A DNA stretch of 63,772 bases, counting the filler, from a bacterium (lineage in GTDB: Bacteria > UBP15 > UBA6099 > JAJRTR01): the NCBI GenBank assembly GCA_024278215.1. It is 3 parts of 3 records of this genome, joined end to end, with 100 filler letters (N's around TTAATTAATTAA, not from the genome) between each part and the next. Parts side by side here need not be neighbours in the genome. Positions count along the whole stretch, not along the records: positions 30,167 to 60,172 come from JAJRTR010000173.1; 2 more parts are not named here. One strand, given 5' to 3'. Positions 30,827 to 40,663 of this stretch are shown here, in pieces. The translations under genes and the position numbers were made by a program. The number at the start of each line of letters is the position of its first letter. The stretch's first letter is position 1. Below the pieces are notes generated by a model. That model made no database searches. It had not been told where the DNA came from and saw nothing but the letters and a program-made list of their open reading frames with translations.

Positions 30827-31251
30827 TAAGCTGAACTTCCCAACGTGAAAACGCAATAAAGCCAGTGTTTATCGGGATATTTGTATTTTCTTATGTGCGC
30901 GTACTGGGTACGCGCAGGCGAATGTCCATCAGGTCCAGTGCTCGTTGCTGACATCTGGTGGGGCGGGCTATTTTGTAAAATGTTTCGGCTCCGGCCACTT
31001 TCGGTTGTACGAGATTGAGGGTGATGGTGCCGAGATTTGTAAGCACTTGCCTGAAGCTCTGTACGGCATAGTCGTCGTCTGTTCGTTTTGTGCGGGCTTT
31101 GCGGGCGGCGGCGGACGATGGTTGCGCTGGTGTGACTGTCAAACGGATACATAAATTCTTTAGTATTTTACAACAGAAATCCTGCGCAAGACGGTTAGTC
31201 GTTCTGCACGGTTTTCGCATATTCCTGATGTAAAGTACTCAAACCTGCTTA
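30827..31251 (-). mobile_element. Internally deleted IS1634-family element (transposase C-terminal fragment)
   Basis: Peptide AARKARTKRTDDDYAVQSFRQVLTNLGTITLN..PTRCQQRALDLM resembles IS1634 transposase C-termini; ends TAAGC...GCTTA. Confidence 0.7.
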
Positions 31252-31283
31252 CATGCCGTACACCAATTGAACGCTGACTGCTT

Positions 31284-31310
31284 TGATATTGAATGGTTTT
31301 ATGTTAAAAT
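31284..31310 (+). promoter_or_regulatory. Putative sigma-70 promoter for ftsH
   Basis: TTGATA and TAAAAT at near-canonical spacing, about 180 nt upstream of the ATG. Confidence 0.4.
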
Positions 31311-31489
31311 TTGCGCGACGACATAATGAGCACGGGCGAGAGTTATTGTGTGTCTACGTTTTCAGTCCGGTCGAATATCCGGAGAATGGAACACATATAC
31401 AGGTAACCACGTTATAATATACAGTGATGTGCTGTGTTATGATAATGAAGAAGTTTGCGAATCAGCGAAAGAAAGAATAAGAAAACAAT

Positions 31490-34000
31490 ATGTCGATACA
31501 AAAACAGCCGATCAATAAGTTTTCCCGTTATTCTTTTATTATTATTGTCCTTGTATCAATACTGATACTGTCGTATGCGATAAGGAATCCGCTTACACCT
31601 GAAGAGAAGAAGTTGACATACAGCAAATTCCTGACACTCGTTGTGAACCAGCAGATAGCGGAAGTTACAATAGTGACACAGGGGAACAAGCTCAAGGGTA
31701 AGCTGGCGAACGGAAAGAAGTTTACTGTGGATGCGCCGGAAGACCCCGACCTTGTGAAAACACTTCGTGAAGCGGGGGTGCCGTTTTCGGCGGAGAACCC
31801 GGGGTTCAAGGAGAATATAGCATCGTTTCTGATGGTGATACTTGTGCCTGCGGCGGTGATACTTGTGCTGTGGTTTCTGATAATCAGGCAGGCGCAGGGT
31901 GGCGGTGGCCAGGCAATGTCGTTTGGGCGCAGCAAGGCGAAGCTGATGACGGACAGTATGCCGAAAGCGACATTCGACGATGTCGCTGGGGTAGACGAGG
32001 CGAAACAGGAGCTTGAAGAAATCGTGGAGTTTTTGAAATCGCCGGAGAAGTTTCAGGCAGTTGGTGCGAAGATACCCAAAGGTGTGTTGCTGGTGGGGCC
32101 GCCGGGTTCGGGGAAAACACTGCTCGCACGTGCGATAGCGGGTGAGGCGGATGTGCCGTTTTATCACATGAGCGGTTCTGACTTTGTCGAGATGTTTGTC
32201 GGAGTCGGAGCGTCTCGGGTGCGTGATATGTTTCAGCAGGCCAAGAAGAACGCGCCGTGCCTTGTGTTCGTGGACGAGATAGATGCTGTGGGGCGTCAAC
32301 GCGGAGCGGGGCTCGGCGGCGGACACGACGAACGAGAGCAGACTCTGAACCAGTTGCTTGTCGAGATGGATGGATTCGACCAGAACAGCGGTGTGATCCT
32401 GCTGGCCGCTACGAACAGGCCGGACGTTCTCGACCCGGCGTTGCTGCGTCCGGGACGTTTCGACAGGCGAATCGTGGTGGACAGGCCGGACCTTATAGGC
32501 AGAAAAGCCATTCTTGATGTTCACGCACGCGACAAACCAATAGACGATGCGGTCGACCTGAACGTGATAGCGAGAAGAACGCCCGGCTTCACCGGCGCGG
32601 ACCTGAGCAACCTGCTCAATGAGGCGGCTATACTTGCCGCGCGCCAGGAAACACAAACCATCAGGATGGAGCAGATCGAGGAATCCATCGAGCGTATTAT
32701 TGCCGGGCCCGAGCGGCGCAGCAGGCTGTTGTCCGAAAGAGAGAAAAGAAATACTGCGTTTCACGAGGCGGGCCATGCGCTGGTGGCCAAAATGCTGCCG
32801 GGCACCGATCCCGTCCATAAGATTTCAATATTACCCAGGGGTATGGCACTGGGCTATACGCTGCAATTGCCTCTTGAAGATAAATATTCACAACTGAAGA
32901 CCGACCTGACAAACAATATATGCGTATTGCTCGGCGGGCGCATAGCGGAAAAGCTTATGATGGATGAGATATCCACCGGGGCGGCAAACGACCTCGAGAG
33001 AGCTACAAAAATCGCGCGGCGCATGATATGCGAGTTCGGCATGAGTGACGCGCTGGGCCCACTGACATTCGGCAAAAAAGAAGATATGGTTTTCATGGGC
33101 CGCGATCTCGGCAGCGAACGCAATTACAGCGAAGTCGTCGCTGCTAAGATTGACATGGAAGCGCGCAGTATTATCGACTCCTGTTATGAAAAGGCGGAAG
33201 ATATATTAACCGATAAGAAGGAACGTCTTAAGCTCATTGCTGAAAAGCTGATCGCGCGGGAAACGCTCGATGGTGTGCTGCTTGAGAATCTTCTCAACGG
33301 CAAGGACTTGCCTGAAGAAGAGATCGAGAAACTTGAAAAAGAGCGCCGCGAGAAGATTGCTCTCGAGATGAAGGAAACGCGTGCGCGTGAGGAAAAAGAG
33401 AAAAATGACAAAGCCGATCCGGAAGATGTGGAGAGCACGGGCGAATGCACGACGATAGATGCTCTCGCGAGCAGCGTGGCACCGTCGGAAGTGGAATTCA
33501 AAGCAGTCGGCGGACTTCTGGGCAAATTCCGCGATCTTCTCTACGATACATTCGATAAAAACTTCAGACCGCAGCTCGAGAAAAGTGTCGGCGTCGACCG
33601 CTTCGCGTCTCTAAACACAGCGTTGGACAACGGCAATATGGACGATGCGCAGAGTATTCTTAAAGAGATAATTAAGGAGAATAGCGATGGTGTAGTGAGG
33701 GCGGGCAGTCACCTGAGGCTGGCGCTCATATATACGAAATTAGGCCGTGCGGACCTGGTGCCCGACGAGTTGATGTCTGCGCTTCAGTCCGGCGCCGATA
33801 AGATTGAAAAGAACGCGGAACGTGTACTCGTCAGTGCGATAAGCTATTTCAGAATTATCAACGAAGAGTTAAGCAGCAACAAAATACAATTCGAAAATCT
33901 CCTCGCAAATGCCGGCCGACTCGAGATAGTGGATGAGAAATACAGGCGGTGGGAAGAAAAAACTTCTGAGAACTCAAGTTCTTTTTTCCCGATGACGTGA
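31490..34000 (+). CDS. ftsH: ATP-dependent zinc metalloprotease FtsH with a ~230-aa C-terminal extension
   Basis: Two TM helices, [39 protein letters not shown]. Confidence 0.96.
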   Translation: MSIQKQPINKFSRYSFIIIVLVSILILSYAIRNPLTPEEKKLTYSKFLTLVVNQQIAEVTIVTQGNKLKGKLANGKKFTVDAPEDPDLVKTLREAGVPFSAENPGFKENIASFLMVILVPAAVILVLWFLIIRQAQGGGGQAMSFGRSKAKLMTDSMPKATFDDVAGVDEAKQELEEIVEFLKSPEKFQAVGAKIPKGVLLVGPPGSGKTLLARAIAGEADVPFYHMSGSDFVEMFVGVGASRVRDMFQQAKKNAPCLVFVDEIDAVGRQRGAGLGGGHDEREQTLNQLLVEMDGFDQNSGVILLAATNRPDVLDPALLRPGRFDRRIVVDRPDLIGRKAILDVHARDKPIDDAVDLNVIARRTPGFTGADLSNLLNEAAILAARQETQTIRMEQIEESIERIIAGPERRSRLLSEREKRNTAFHEAGHALVAKMLPGTDPVHKISILPRGMALGYTLQLPLEDKYSQLKTDLTNNICVLLGGRIAEKLMMDEISTGAANDLERATKIARRMICEFGMSDALGPLTFGKKEDMVFMGRDLGSERNYSEVVAAKIDMEARSIIDSCYEKAEDILTDKKERLKLIAEKLIARETLDGVLLENLLNGKDLPEEEIEKLEKERREKIALEMKETRAREEKEKNDKADPEDVESTGECTTIDALASSVAPSEVEFKAVGGLLGKFRDLLYDTFDKNFRPQLEKSVGVDRFASLNTALDNGNMDDAQSILKEIIKENSDGVVRAGSHLRLALIYTKLGRADLVPDELMSALQSGADKIEKNAERVLVSAISYFRIINEELSSNKIQFENLLANAGRLEIVDEKYRRWEEKTSENSSSFFPMT

Positions 34001-34018
34001 TAACCCGGAGGGGCTTTT

Positions 34019-34540
34019 ATGGCAAGAGATGCTTTAATAATAATTGATATGTTAAACGATTTTGTGAGTGAAGACGGCGTTTTGTTTGTAGGTGGCACTG
34101 TGAAGAATATAGTGCCTGAAATACAGAAAAAGATTGCGAAATACAGAGAAGACAAGAGGCCTGTTTTGTATTTGTGTGATAACCACGACGAGGACGATAA
34201 GGAATTCGAGATGTTCCCGAAACACGCGGTTGCAGGCACCAAAGGCGCTGAAATAAATAAAGACCTCAGGCCGCAACCCGAAGATGTCATTATCCCAAAA
34301 ACACGATTCAGTTGTTTTTTCAACACAGAACTTGCGGATATTCTTGAAGAAAAGGGGATCGACACGGTCGAACTTGCGGGTGTATGCACACATATCTGCG
34401 TCTTGTATACTTGTGCTGATGCAAGAAACCTTGGGATGAATGTGATAGTGGATCGTAGATGCGTCGATACATTCGACCGCGCCGCCCATGAATTCGCCCT
34501 CAAAGAAATGGACCGCACCCTGGGCGCGAAAATCATCTAA
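34019..34540 (+). CDS. Isochorismatase-family cysteine hydrolase (nicotinamidase-like)
   Basis: IDMLNDF, D.H..DD.EF..FP.H, K..FS.F, GVCTHICV. Confidence 0.88.
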   Translation: MARDALIIIDMLNDFVSEDGVLFVGGTVKNIVPEIQKKIAKYREDKRPVLYLCDNHDEDDKEFEMFPKHAVAGTKGAEINKDLRPQPEDVIIPKTRFSCFFNTELADILEEKGIDTVELAGVCTHICVLYTCADARNLGMNVIVDRRCVDTFDRAAHEFALKEMDRTLGAKII

Positions 34541-34748
34541 CCCGGATTTCTCACAAAGAAATCCGGAAAATCGCGATAACGCCAATTCTACTGCGTTGCG
34601 GTGCCGTTTCGGGATCGGTCACATACCTGCATTTTGCGCAAGAGGCTGGCTGGCTGGCTGGCTGGCTGCTCCCTCACCACTCACTTGCCGCGCCTTGTAT
34701 TACAGGCATTCTCCCGATTTTTGGCCCGCATTGGTGAAATATGCGGGC
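34540..34748. mobile_element. MITE-like element (family A ends), 209 bp, TA-flanked, containing (GGCT)6
   Basis: TA|ACCCGGATTTCTCA...TGAAATATGCGGGC|TA; inner inverted repeat AAAATCGCGATAACGCC / GGCATTCTCCCGATTTT. Confidence 0.78.
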
Positions 34749-34762
34749 TAAGTTCATTCTCT

Positions 34763-34796
34763 GAGCCAATTGCAAAATTCTGATTCTGCGTCGGAC
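34763..34796 (+). repeat. Repeat family B, partial copy
   Basis: GAGCCAATTGCAAAATTCTGATTCTGCG. Confidence 0.75.
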
Positions 34797-34820
34797 ATAA
34801 TTTGTGACCGGTGCCTGTGC

Positions 34821-35657
34821 TTACTTGTTTTCAGGGAGTTCCAGTGTGATACCGCTTATCCGGCCAGTGGAGAAATCTTTCAGGATTACGGGGAATACCC
34901 GTTGAATATCGTAAACTCCGCCTTTGAGGAGAAAGCCGCGCCTTGCAGCCAGCGCATCATAAAATTCCAGTGGATTTTTCGCCGGTTTTTTCAAATCGTA
35001 GAACTTTGCGAATTTTTGGGAATACCTCTCGTAGCACAGTTCCATAAGTCGTTCGGCGGCTTCTTCTGGATCATAAAAAGTATCCGGCAGGCAACCGACA
35101 AGCGCAAGCATCAGGCTTTCTTCTTTGCCGGCGACACCCGAAGATACTACTCCTGGTGTGTCCATCAGCAGCATTTTCTCATTCACCGTCACAAGTTGCA
35201 GTCCGCGAGTCACTCCGGGCGTTGCGCCGACTTTTACTCTTTTCTTTCCCGTCAGCATGTTCAAAACAGTGGATTTCCCGACATTCGGCAACCCGATAAC
35301 TGCTGCTATTATATTTGTCTCTCCGTCTGATTCCTGCTCGAATGCTGAGATCAGCTTTGCTATGAAAGCCGCGCGCCCGCCTTTCTTTCCGTATGGAAAT
35401 ACTATCGACTGCCTTCCCGCATCGAGAAAATGTGCACGCCATTTTTTTGTCGCCGAACTGTCGGCAATATCTGTTTTTGTGAATACTGTGATGAATGTGC
35501 AGCCGGCCAGCACCTTGGAAACTACAGGGCAGCGTGTCGAGCCCGGCGCGCGCGCGTCGACAACCTCAAGCACGAGATTCACTGTTCCCGATAACTGTTC
35601 GAGCCTGTTCACTGCTTTTGACATGTGTCTTGCAAGTGCTGGTTTGCTTCGTGCCAT
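34821..35657 (-). CDS. rbgA: Ribosome biogenesis GTPase RbgA/YlqF
   Basis: Circularly permuted GTPase: VVDARAP, TKTD, GLPNVGKST, PGVTR, DTPG. Confidence 0.88.
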   Translation of the reverse strand: MARSKPALARHMSKAVNRLEQLSGTVNLVLEVVDARAPGSTRCPVVSKVLAGCTFITVFTKTDIADSSATKKWRAHFLDAGRQSIVFPYGKKGGRAAFIAKLISAFEQESDGETNIIAAVIGLPNVGKSTVLNMLTGKKRVKVGATPGVTRGLQLVTVNEKMLLMDTPGVVSSGVAGKEESLMLALVGCLPDTFYDPEEAAERLMELCYERYSQKFAKFYDLKKPAKNPLEFYDALAARRGFLLKGGVYDIQRVFPVILKDFSTGRISGITLELPENK

Positions 35658-35688
35658 TGTTTTGCTCCGTTATCGCCTTTGTCTGAAA

Positions 35689-36339
35689 TTATTTTCGGGG
35701 ATGTACGATAACTATCCTGCCTTTAATTTTCAGGCGACCTTCCGCGAATAACTGTATCGCTTCGCAATATGCCGGTTTTTCTTCCGCCTGTACCTTTGCG
35801 GCCACATCTTTGTATGTATCTTTATATGTTACAGGTACAGTTTTCTGTATTATCACCGGGCCGTGGTCGTATTGCTCGTCGACGAAATGTATCGTGCAGC
35901 CGGACACTTTAACGCCATACTCGACTACTGCTCTATGTACCCTGTCGCCATATAATTGATCTCCACAGAACATAGGTATCAGAGCAGGGTGCGTGTTCAT
36001 AATCCGTCCCCTGTATCGGTCGATAAACTCAGGTGTCAGCAGGCTCATAAAACCGGCGAGCACCACAAGGTCGACATTATATGGCTCAATCTTTTCAAGG
36101 AGTGTCCTGTTGAAATCTTCAAGCGCCGAATCGCCGAACTTCTCGTTGTATTCTTTGCGTGGCACCACGAATGCGGGTATATCGTGTTTGCGTGCACGCT
36201 CGAGCCCGAAGGCTTCTGCGCGGCTGCTCACCACTACTGCTGTTTCAGCCGAAATTCCGCCTTCTTCGATTCTGTCCTGGATATATTGAAATGTTGTTCC
36301 GCTTCCTGAAAGCAGGATGGCGAGTCTGATTTTTTTCAA
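35689..36339 (-). CDS. purN: Phosphoribosylglycinamide formyltransferase
   Basis: LSGSGTT, VLAGFM, NTHPALIP, SGCTIHFVDEQYDHGP; TTG start after GGAGGT. Confidence 0.93.
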   Translation of the reverse strand: MKKIRLAILLSGSGTTFQYIQDRIEEGGISAETAVVVSSRAEAFGLERARKHDIPAFVVPRKEYNEKFGDSALEDFNRTLLEKIEPYNVDLVVLAGFMSLLTPEFIDRYRGRIMNTHPALIPMFCGDQLYGDRVHRAVVEYGVKVSGCTIHFVDEQYDHGPVIIQKTVPVTYKDTYKDVAAKVQAEEKPAYCEAIQLFAEGRLKIKGRIVIVHPRK

Positions 36340-36360
36340 TACGATACCTCCGGCTTTTAT

Positions 36361-36387
36361 ACCCGCATTCTGGTGAAATATACGGGA
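36361..36387. repeat. Repeat family A hairpin
   Basis: ACCCGCATTCTGGTGAAATATACGGG. Confidence 0.75.
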
Positions 36388-36497
36388 CAAGGGTACTCTC
36401 GCGATCACATGTTTTCGTGAAAATAGTTTTGTGAACGCATGCGCTTTCAGTCTTTGCGTTCCAGACCAGAGCGCCGGAACGATGGAAATAAAATGTG

Positions 36498-39400
36498 TTA
36501 CATTTTACCCATTTTCCTGAGGAATTGTTTCGCTGTTTCGTCGTATCCCGAACCGGGGAAATTCCTGACGAGTTTTTCGAGATATACCGCCGATTTGTCT
36601 TTGTCGCCTTTATAGTAATACGCCTGTCCGATATACAGGAGCGTTTCGGCTTCCTGGAAACGCGCGACACCGGTGTCCAGCGCGCCGCTGAGCAATTCTA
36701 TCACGGCATCATATTTCTTGAGCCTGTTTTCGACATCCGCCAGCCGAATGACCGCCGATATGTATTCGGGCGTAACATTGTAGGGAGTGTTCTTGAACTT
36801 CTTAACAACCGCCGAAAGGATATTTTCCGCAAGCTCTTGCCGGCCAAGGTTCATGTGGCACGTGCCGAGCATGTAGGCGACTTTTATTTCGTGCTGCGGT
36901 TCGAGCCTTCTCTTTTTGAGCTTATCAAGATATGTCAGCGCTTTGTCGAATTTATTCAAATGGATGTAAGCGAGGGCGATATTAAGTTGCGAATTGACAT
37001 AATTGGGCTCGACTTTTATGGCCCTGAGATACATGTCGAGCGCTTCCTGGACTTTGCCTTCGTTGAACAGCTGGTTGCCCCTGTTGTTGAGTGCTCTCGT
37101 GTGTTTCGGGTTATACTTCACGGCTTTGTCGAAAAGCGCGCCGGATTTCTTGTCTGTAGCCGCGGCCTTTCTTTTCAGAGCGGCGGCTTCGTCGTTTTTA
37201 CCCTGCGCCTCCAGTTGCATGACTTTTTTATTCATCATGGATGCTTGTTTTGTGTAGAGGAGTCCGAGGTTATAGTAGGCGTCGGCGTGCGCGGGGTTGA
37301 GGCGGATAGTGTATTCGTACCATTTTATGGCGTTTTCAAGTTTGTCTTCAGTGGGGGCCAGGTTGTACATTTTCTCGAAGCTGAGAGCGAGTTTGAAACT
37401 GGCTGTGATCAGGCGCGGGTTGAGTTCGATAGCTTCCGTGAACATGTCTGAAGCTTCTTTAAAGAGTTCCAGCGCTTTCTTCTTACGGTCTACGCCTTCG
37501 AGATTCATGTATTTGAGAACCGCCGGGTTGCCGCTGGGGTCGTTTGTTATTGCCAGGGCTTTCTGATATGAAATCAGGCCTATATTGTAGCGCGGATGCG
37601 CATAGTTGGGATACACGGCCCGTGATTCTTTGAATGATTTTTCCGCTTTGTCGTAGAACTCGGGACCTTTCTCAAAATACAACGCGCCCAGGTCAAGTGA
37701 AATCTGAGGCAGGTCGTAATATCGGTTAGCTTCAGTGAATTCCTTGATGGCTTCTTCGCGTTTGCCCTGTTTCTGTAAGAACATGCCGCGGAAGAGGTGT
37801 ATGTCGCCGTTGTAGCGGTCGAGTTTCAAGGCGAGATCGTATAGATCGGCGGCTTTTTTTGTCTGGCCCGCTTTTGCCATAAAGTTTGCTGTTTTCATGT
37901 GTATGTTGGACATCTGCCAGTTCCATGAAATCAGCGTTATAAAGATAAAGAAAGCGATGGAAATAAGCAGCAGCACGATGCCGAGAAAGAGGTCCATCGG
38001 GACAACGGCCCAGTGTTTTTTCCAGGAAGTGTCAGGTTCCTCACGAATAACCGGTTCCTGTTTTCTGCGTTTGTTCTTTTTCCCCTTCTTCTTTTTCGGT
38101 ACTTTCTTTTCTTCCTGTTGTTTAGGCAGCACAATAGGTGCCGGTCCCTTGTAGCCGGGGAGGATGAGAGGCAGAGTTTCGACGCCGAATGTGCGGTCGT
38201 GAGAGAATACGAGCATGGCGAGGTGCACGCCGCAAAGCATCGCCGGTCCCATAATATGGAAGGGGAACCCGAGTGCCGCCGAAAGCGATATTGAAACGAG
38301 GCTGGAGAAACTCCCCAGTGCCACTATCTGCGTGAAAGTGTCCGAAGGTGCGTTGGGCGCGTTTATAGTTTTCAGGAAATACGATAGAACGGTCCATGCG
38401 AAAAAGAGAATGAAGATCGGTGCGAGCGGCCCCATTTCCGCTGTCATGTGTAGATATTCGCAGTGGGCTTCTTTTGCGTTGACGTCTTTGAAAAGACCGG
38501 GGATTGTAGTTTTGCCGGAGCTTGCAAGATATGCCTTGAGCATATCGAGGTACCTGATTTTGAAAGCGCCGAGGCCGACACCGAGCGGATAATGTTTTAT
38601 CATCTGGATGGAACCGCCCCATATATAATTTCGGGAAACGATGGAGTCTTCCACCTGTTTCGGCGGGGCGAGTGTCTGTTGCGTGGCCTGCTGAGTTTGT
38701 GCTGTCGGACCGGTGTTATTCGTTTTATCGGGCAAGCCGATGATTGCGGTAGCGGCCATTATCGCGGCGATTATGCCGATGCTTACGGCTCTTGCCGCCG
38801 TGCGCTTGAACAGGAAGATTGCGGAACCGGCAAAAAAGAGGAATACGCCGATGAACCCGATCCAGAGAACCGGTTTCTCCGCGAGTACGCCGCCGATAAT
38901 ATTTGCTATGGACAACAGGCGGCTCGAGTACGAATAGGAGGGAGCCATAAATTGTAATTTACTGCCGAAAAACGAAAAAGCAACCTGGTTGTTCGTAACA
39001 TGTATGATGATGAACGCGAGCAGCAGCAGGGCGGCAAGGTGCGCAACAGCTTCCATGATTTTTTTCGCGGGCAGCTTGTCTACCGCGAAGAACAGAAACA
39101 TGAGACATCCGCCGATGAGCCCGATCCAGGAGCCTCGCGTGATTGCAACGATTATGACAAAAAGCATCGGCGCGATAGCCAGCCATACCAGGGCTTTTAT
39201 CCATTTTCGGCTTGTCGCCACACTGACGGCGAGTGAGAACGGTATTGTCATGGCCAGCATTTCGGCCACGTAGTTTTTATTGCCGAGTGTGCTGAAAGGA
39301 TCGAAATTATGTCCCAGCCGTATGTATTCATTGAGACCGAAATGTTGTGCGAACCCTATCAGCGCTTCTATCCCCATCGAAGCAATCACGAGGATCATCA

Positions 39401-39971
39401 ACATATTGAAATGTTTTTTCGCGTCGAGGCAGTGGATGATAAGGAAGAAGTTCATCACGATGAAAAAGAATTGAATGAACTCTTTGAAGCTGATCATGAA
39501 ATTCGGTGACATGATAAAAGAGAATAGGCTCAGGAGAGTGATCAGAAGGACAGGCAGGTTGAACGGTGTTTTTCTGAATTCGAGTCTGCTTTTGAGCAGG
39601 GAGGAGAGGACAAAGAGTACAAGTATGAAAGACACGCTGATTTGCATCATTGTCTGTTGCGGCAGGCGGAAAGACTCGAATGAGCGGAATATCACGAAAT
39701 AGGTGGAGAAGACCACCGATTCAATGATATACATTGCGATGGGCCGTGCGAGCGGCCTGCGGTCGGAGTGGCTGTCCCCGAAGAAGAAGGGAACGACAAC
39801 GGCGGCTGTGGCGAGCAGAGTGCCCAGCGCGATGTAGTTGCCCTGATTCGGATTATTAAAGAAAATGATGATTTCTTTAAAGAAGAAATACGGCATCAGA
39901 ATCAGCGCCGGGTAGAGAAGAATTTCGATTGACAATTCAATCGGTGAAATTTTTGATTCCTGTTTTGACAT
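36498..39971 (-). CDS. O-antigen ligase / O-oligosaccharyltransferase (Wzy_C) membrane protein with C-terminal TPR array
   Basis: Many TM helices, STLGNKNY, TRGSWIG, RNYIW..GVGLGAF..AHCEYL; roughly ten TPR-like units. Confidence 0.85.
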   Translation of the reverse strand: MSKQESKISPIELSIEILLYPALILMPYFFFKEIIIFFNNPNQGNYIALGTLLATAAVVVPFFFGDSHSDRRPLARPIAMYIIESVVFSTYFVIFRSFESFRLPQQTMMQISVSFILVLFVLSSLLKSRLEFRKTPFNLPVLLITLLSLFSFIMSPNFMISFKEFIQFFFIVMNFFLIIHCLDAKKHFNMLMILVIASMGIEALIGFAQHFGLNEYIRLGHNFDPFSTLGNKNYVAEMLAMTIPFSLAVSVATSRKWIKALVWLAIAPMLFVIIVAITRGSWIGLIGGCLMFLFFAVDKLPAKKIMEAVAHLAALLLLAFIIIHVTNNQVAFSFFGSKLQFMAPSYSYSSRLLSIANIIGGVLAEKPVLWIGFIGVFLFFAGSAIFLFKRTAARAVSIGIIAAIMAATAIIGLPDKTNNTGPTAQTQQATQQTLAPPKQVEDSIVSRNYIWGGSIQMIKHYPLGVGLGAFKIRYLDMLKAYLASSGKTTIPGLFKDVNAKEAHCEYLHMTAEMGPLAPIFILFFAWTVLSYFLKTINAPNAPSDTFTQIVALGSFSSLVSISLSAALGFPFHIMGPAMLCGVHLAMLVFSHDRTFGVETLPLILPGYKGPAPIVLPKQQEEKKVPKKKKGKKNKRRKQEPVIREEPDTSWKKHWAVVPMDLFLGIVLLLISIAFFIFITLISWNWQMSNIHMKTANFMAKAGQTKKAADLYDLALKLDRYNGDIHLFRGMFLQKQGKREEAIKEFTEANRYYDLPQISLDLGALYFEKGPEFYDKAEKSFKESRAVYPNYAHPRYNIGLISYQKALAITNDPSGNPAVLKYMNLEGVDRKKKALELFKEASDMFTEAIELNPRLITASFKLALSFEKMYNLAPTEDKLENAIKWYEYTIRLNPAHADAYYNLGLLYTKQASMMNKKVMQLEAQGKNDEAAALKRKAAATDKKSGALFDKAVKYNPKHTRALNNRGNQLFNEGKVQEALDMYLRAIKVEPNYVNSQLNIALAYIHLNKFDKALTYLDKLKKRRLEPQHEIKVAYMLGTCHMNLGRQELAENILSAVVKKFKNTPYNVTPEYISAVIRLADVENRLKKYDAVIELLSGALDTGVARFQEAETLLYIGQAYYYKGDKDKSAVYLEKLVRNFPGSGYDETAKQFLRKMGKM

Positions 39972-40281
39972 CTGGATATACAGTAAATACTCTGTCGAGA
40001 CCGCAAAGAGAAAAAGCCTTTTCAAATTCGGGCGTGAAAGTGCCGGCGAGGCGCAGATCACCGCCCCTGTCGCGCGTAGTGTTCAGCAGTGACACGATAA
40101 CACCGAGCCCGGTGCTGTCGATGGACTTGATGCCGCTGACATCCAACAGCACTTTTCTGTGGCATTCCTCTATCACAAGTTCCCGGATTCTGGTCTTTAA
40201 CTCCAGGTGTGATTGTACGTTAAGCCTGCCGTAGATATTTACCGCTGCTACTCCGTTCTGTTCTTGTATTTTTATAAACAT
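39937..40281 (-). CDS. STAS anti-sigma-factor antagonist
   Basis: LLDVSGIKSIDSTGLGVIV, containing the phospho-acceptor Ser motif. Confidence 0.9.
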   Translation of the reverse strand: MFIKIQEQNGVAAVNIYGRLNVQSHLELKTRIRELVIEECHRKVLLDVSGIKSIDSTGLGVIVSLLNTTRDRGGDLRLAGTFTPEFEKAFSLCGLDRVFTVYPDVKTGIKNFTD

Positions 40282-40302
40282 CCCTGTGAGGGTGATCCCT
40301 AT

Positions 40303-40647
40303 TTATGATAATAATTCTTTCATTCCCGTGTCGCTATCAGGATAGATGATGAATACTTTATCAAGGCCGCAGAGATTAAAAGATTCCTCGACCGAGGGTA
40401 AAAACGGGCCCGCGATTCTCAAGTCTCCAAGACGGCTCCTGATCATGTTAAGCAGTGTCACAAGGCATCCTATGCCGGCACTGTCTATTCTTTTGAGTTT
40501 GCCGACGTCGATCATGATTTTTCTGATTCCGTTCTTTTTGACTTTATCCCTGATTGCTTTTTCGAGATCGTCGCGCGAATAAATATCGAGTTGTCCAATC
40601 GTTCTGACAATCAGTATATTGTCATGTTCCTCGAACGAAATAATCAT
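40303..40647 (-). CDS. STAS anti-sigma-factor antagonist (paralogue)
   Basis: MIDVGKLKRIDSAGIGCLV; shares GDLR.AG.F and FxLCGLD.VF..YPD with its neighbour. Confidence 0.9.
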   Translation of the reverse strand: MIISFEEHDNILIVRTIGQLDIYSRDDLEKAIRDKVKKNGIRKIMIDVGKLKRIDSAGIGCLVTLLNMIRSRLGDLRIAGPFLPSVEESFNLCGLDKVFIIYPDSDTGMKELLS

Positions 40648-40663
40648 AAATGGGATCGTGTTC

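Noticed and set aside
34488-34751. Short ORFs ending in ALVKYAG or FMRNPG (also 22615-22797)
   Set aside because: Translations of MITE ends, not credible proteins
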